In this document: in pieces, positions 9,895-12,758 of the stretch
Layout: each line of letters begins with the position of its first letter
Numbering within the stretch: position 1 is the stretch's first letter
From: Gemmatimonadota bacterium
Lineage (GTDB): Bacteria; Gemmatimonadota; Gemmatimonadetes; Palauibacterales; Palauibacteraceae
Assembly: GCA_039588275.1 (NCBI GenBank)
Contig: JBDHAC010000078.1
Coordinates: 1-12,758, forward strand
DNA: 12,758 nucleotides
Reading direction: 5' to 3'
Position numbers and translations under genes: made by a program
The notes under the pieces: model-generated
Told to the model about the DNA's origin: nothing
What the model saw: only the letters and a program-made list of their open reading frames with translations
Database searches by the model: none

Positions 9895-10725
9895 TCAGAC
9901 CGACAGGGCTTCGAGCCGCCGAACTCGCTCGGCTGTCGGCGGGTGCGTGCGGAACAGCGAAGCGATGGACCTGCCCGCGTGGCCGGCCAGCGGGTTGACG
10001 ATGCACAGATGCGCGGCGGACGGGTTCACGCTCATCGGTACACGCTTGGCCCGCTCCTCCAGCGCTCGGAGCGCGGACGCCAGCGCGCGCGGTTTGCCGC
10101 TGATCTGCGCCCCGATGCGATCCGCCCGGAACTCTCCCGCGCGGCTGATCGCCATCTGGATCAGCATCGCCGCCACCGGCGCCAGGATCAGCATCAGGAT
10201 TCCCCCGGCCGCGCTCCGGTCACGGTCGCCGCCGAAGAAGATCCCGAATCTCGCCACCATTACGAGGGCGGCCGCCAGCGTCGCGGCGATCGTCCCGATC
10301 AGCATGTCACGGTTCTTTATGTGCGCCAGCTCGTGGGCAATGATACCCTCCAGCTCGTCCCGTTCGACGATCGGAAGGAGCCCCCGGGTCACGCAAACCA
10401 CCGCTTGTTGAGGGTTGCGGCCGGTGGCGAAGGCGTTCGGCTGCTCCGATGGCGCGATGGCAAGCGTGGGCATGGGGAGTCCGGCGCGTTGTCGCAGCCG
10501 ATCGACCAGGTCGTACAGATCGGGGGCGTCGGCCCGCTCCAGGATCTCCGCGCGGTACATCCGCAGAACGACGCGACTGCTGAACCAGTAGCTACCGAAG
10601 TTGATCACGGCCGCGAACGCGAGGCCGATGGTCATGCCCCGCGTCCCGCCGAAGTAACCGGCGACCCCCGCGAGGAGCGCGGTAAGCAGCGCCATCAGCC
10701 CGAAAGTCTTCATGTAATTGGACAT
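9895..10725 (-). CDS. htpX: Membrane zinc metalloprotease HtpX (peptidase M48)
   Basis: Two N-terminal TM segments, YWFS, QPNAFATGRNP, ELEGIIAHELAHIKNRD (HExxH), MAISRAGEFRAD, LASAL and LFRTHPPTAERVRRL. Start set at ATG 10725 (10728 also possible) behind AAGGTGAG, rather than GTG 10761. Confidence 0.96.
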   Translation of the reverse strand: MSNYMKTFGLMALLTALLAGVAGYFGGTRGMTIGLAFAAVINFGSYWFSSRVVLRMYRAEILERADAPDLYDLVDRLRQRAGLPMPTLAIAPSEQPNAFATGRNPQQAVVCVTRGLLPIVERDELEGIIAHELAHIKNRDMLIGTIAATLAAALVMVARFGIFFGGDRDRSAAGGILMLILAPVAAMLIQMAISRAGEFRADRIGAQISGKPRALASALRALEERAKRVPMSVNPSAAHLCIVNPLAGHAGRSIASLFRTHPPTAERVRRLEALSV

Positions 10726-10766
10726 CATCTCACCTTGTCGCGAGCCACGGTCGCGAATCACCTAGA

Positions 10767-10795
10767 ACCTTATTGCGAGTCTCTCAAAACGTCCA
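10767..10795 (-). promoter_or_regulatory. Putative htpX promoter with an imperfect palindrome in the spacer
   Basis: Minus strand reads TGGACG (10795-10790), N17, TAAGGT (10772-10767). The spacer holds TTGCGAG-T-CTCTCAA (10773-10787, plus strand). The patch is locally AT-rich. Confidence 0.35.
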
Positions 10796-12415
10796 CTGAC
10801 GAAAGAGGAACAGCCCGAACGTCTGGTCGTTCGCGATGTTGGTCCCGCGGAAAAGGCCGTACTGCTGTTGGTCGAAGCGGTTCTGGGCCCTGGCCTCGAG
10901 CGTCCAGTTCTCGGTGAATCGCCATTCCATGGTTGCGCTCGGGACACCGCCGCCCAGCGGCTGCGTCACGGCGAAGAACAGCTCCTCGCCCGCGTACCAC
11001 CCGAGCTCGAGCTCCGTGTTGTCGAACAAGCTTTGCCCCTCGGCGCCCGGAGCACCTTCGCGGGTGCCACCCACGGATCGCAGGTTGAAGTAGCTCAAGC
11101 CGCTGGAGCCGACCAGCGCGGACGACAGACCCGAGCTCAGGGTCCCGAGGACGCTCTCCTGCACCAGGCGCTCGCCAAACCGCTGGTCGGCAGACCCGTA
11201 GCACGGTGCACCGATGGCCAGGAAGCACAGCTGGTTCGAGTCGCTCATGGGCGGGTTGCTGCTCAGCGTGAGCTCGGTCGCTCGGAGAGTACCACCGATG
11301 TGGGTGCTGACGACCACCGGCCCGTCGCGAGTGCGCGTACGGTACTCGGCCGTGATCGCGATGTTGGGATTCAGATCCGGATTACCGACGAACTGGATCG
11401 TTCCTTGGGTGATTCGAAGCTGCTGGCTATACGGGGGTAGCCGGTCGAAGCGGTACGTTCCCCGCGGCAGCTCGACCGTGCCCACCATCACCAGCGATTC
11501 CAGCGCCCGGTCCATGTCTACGGTCAGACCCTCCCCGACCATCTCCACACCGAGCACGTCGGATCGCAACCACAAGTTCGGCCCCAGATCGATGACGGCG
11601 TCCACCTGGAGGTTTCGCATGAACGGGTTCCTGAAGCGCCCGAGCTGGCCCGGCCCCGCAAGACCGGTCGTGTCGATCAGGCTGTAGATGCTCGGGTCGC
11701 CGAGATCGATTACCTGTCTCTCCCGCAGAAACTCATCCTGCCGGATGTCGCCATCCCGAATCCGGAAGCGCCCCTCCAGGATCGGAGCTCGATAGCGACC
11801 CCCGAGGTGGCCCCTACCCTCGACCGCGACCGTCATGTCACGCCGGTCGATCGCGTGCATCCGCTCGGCCAGCAAGTCGAGGTCGAAGATCGGGTCCGTG
11901 ATGCTCGCGAAGTCGATCGTCCCGCTGAGGGTGGCGGTCCCGCCCAGCCGTGAGGCCATCTGAAACGCGTCGATGCGAGCCTCCGACCCGCGGAACCGCG
12001 CGCTACCCTCGACCGCCCGGTAGCGCACCCCGAGGTCCGGCACCCAGGCGGTGCCGCCTACGACCCGGGCGTTCCCTCCGTATTGGAGCGATCCTGGCGC
12101 GCCCGAGACCGTCATCGCCGCTTCCAGCCATCCGTCGATCTCCTCCAGACTCCGGACCGGAAGAAGCACGAGCTCGAGCGGCAGACTGTCCGCCCTGATC
12201 TCGATGTCGAACGGATCCTCGAGCAACCGGCGCTCAACTCCGCGGAGCGCCAAATCGGTTCGTACTTCGCCGCGCGCCACGGCCAGGCGACGGTTGGCGT
12301 CCAAGAGGATCAGCTCCCCGTTCAGCCGCTGTCCGGAATAGTCGAAACGAGCCTCCAGCGAATCGTATTCCGTCGTGCGGAAGACCGGCGAGTGAACGTG
12401 CGCCGCTCCGCGCAT
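10784..12415 (-). CDS. tamB: TamB/DUF490 (AsmA-like) protein, C-terminal fragment downstream of the duplication
   Basis: Amphipathic beta-strand, Gly-rich sequence. DUF490-like segments GTVELPRGTYRF, ITQGTIQFVGNPDLNPNIAITAEY and IGGTLRATELTLSSNPPMSDSNQLCFLAIG. C-terminal beta-strand ends in Phe (GLFLFRQWTF). Confidence 0.85.
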   Translation of the reverse strand: MRGAAHVHSPVFRTTEYDSLEARFDYSGQRLNGELILLDANRRLAVARGEVRTDLALRGVERRLLEDPFDIEIRADSLPLELVLLPVRSLEEIDGWLEAAMTVSGAPGSLQYGGNARVVGGTAWVPDLGVRYRAVEGSARFRGSEARIDAFQMASRLGGTATLSGTIDFASITDPIFDLDLLAERMHAIDRRDMTVAVEGRGHLGGRYRAPILEGRFRIRDGDIRQDEFLRERQVIDLGDPSIYSLIDTTGLAGPGQLGRFRNPFMRNLQVDAVIDLGPNLWLRSDVLGVEMVGEGLTVDMDRALESLVMVGTVELPRGTYRFDRLPPYSQQLRITQGTIQFVGNPDLNPNIAITAEYRTRTRDGPVVVSTHIGGTLRATELTLSSNPPMSDSNQLCFLAIGAPCYGSADQRFGERLVQESVLGTLSSGLSSALVGSSGLSYFNLRSVGGTREGAPGAEGQSLFDNTELELGWYAGEELFFAVTQPLGGGVPSATMEWRFTENWTLEARAQNRFDQQQYGLFRGTNIANDQTFGLFLFRQWTF

Positions 12416-12491
12416 GCTAACGAGCCTCCAGCGAATCGTATTCCGTCGTGCGGAAGACCGGCGAGTGAACGTGCGCCGCTCCGCGCATGCT
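12346..12491. repeat. Perfect 73-bp direct tandem duplication that breaks the tamB frame
   Basis: 12346-12418 and 12419-12491 are identical (aacgagcctcc...cgcgcatgct). The junction creates TAG at 12419-12417 on the minus strand. Confidence 0.98.
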
Positions 12492-12758
12492 GGGGTTACC
12501 CAGGGTCCCCGTCAGCGTAATCTCTCCGTCCGCCGTCCCGGACATTGGCGGCGGACGCGGGAACAATCGCGCGAGCTGGCTCAGATCCAGGCCATCCAAC
12601 CGCAGATCCAGGCGCCCCGGCTCATCCTCCGGGATGACGCCGTCCGCCTCGAGGCGACCCAGAGTGCCGCTCAGCCGCAGTCGGTCTACGCTCAACCCGG
12701 TTTCGCCGTACGCCACGCGAGTCGGGCCCTGGAGCACGCTTTCCCCGGATCCTACGAG
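12417..12758 (-). CDS. Upstream part of the same TamB-like gene (partial, open to the window edge), ending at the duplication-generated stop
   Basis: The frame is open from 12758 (LVGSGESVLQGPTR...). It contains the AsmA/TamB-like stretch LDLRLDGLDLSQL...MSGTADGEITLTGTLGNPSMRG. Its last 24 aa are identical to the first 24 aa of the 10784..12415 ORF. Removing one repeat copy fuses both ORFs. Confidence 0.8.
   Translation of the reverse strand, partial: LVGSGESVLQGPTRVAYGETGLSVDRLRLSGTLGRLEADGVIPEDEPGRLDLRLDGLDLSQLARLFPRPPPMSGTADGEITLTGTLGNPSMRGAAHVHSPVFRTTEYDSLEAR

Noticed and set aside
9715..10917. 400-aa plus-strand ORF
   Set aside because: Antisense to htpX and overlapping two more genes; no motifs.
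12346..12491. Programmed frameshift or IS target-site duplication in tamB
   Set aside because: No slippery sequence and no intervening element; 73 bp is far longer than typical target-site duplications.

Overview
High-GC chromosomal DNA from a diderm bacterium (a TamB homologue is present; the phylum cannot be fixed from this window). Reading along the window: uvrA (-), a sodium:solute symporter (-), a ~1000-aa fusion of a GH3 NagZ-type beta-N-acetylglucosaminidase with a beta-lactamase-fold (AmiE-like) serine hydrolase (-), a divergent NamZ/DUF1343 exo-beta-N-acetylmuramidase (+), a YegS/DAGK-family lipid kinase (-), htpX (-), and the 3' part of a TamB/DUF490 gene (-) split by a perfect 73-bp tandem duplication. 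The best candidate system is the NamZ + NagZ-AmiE + symporter cluster. It looks like a peptidoglycan salvage module in which an uncharacterised Na+ symporter occupies the place of the PTS transporter MurP of the Bacillus subtilis pathway. Its two divergent hydrolase genes appear to start on the same CATG tetramer, with face-to-face sigma70-like promoters. Smaller signals are a 16-bp tandem repeat forming a canonical G-quadruplex motif between convergent genes, a short echo of the namZ 3' end, a 27-bp in-frame duplication at the fusion junction, and leaderless-type promoters. I saw no mobile element, CRISPR array or RNA gene. All calls come from motif recognition by eye; no searches were run.
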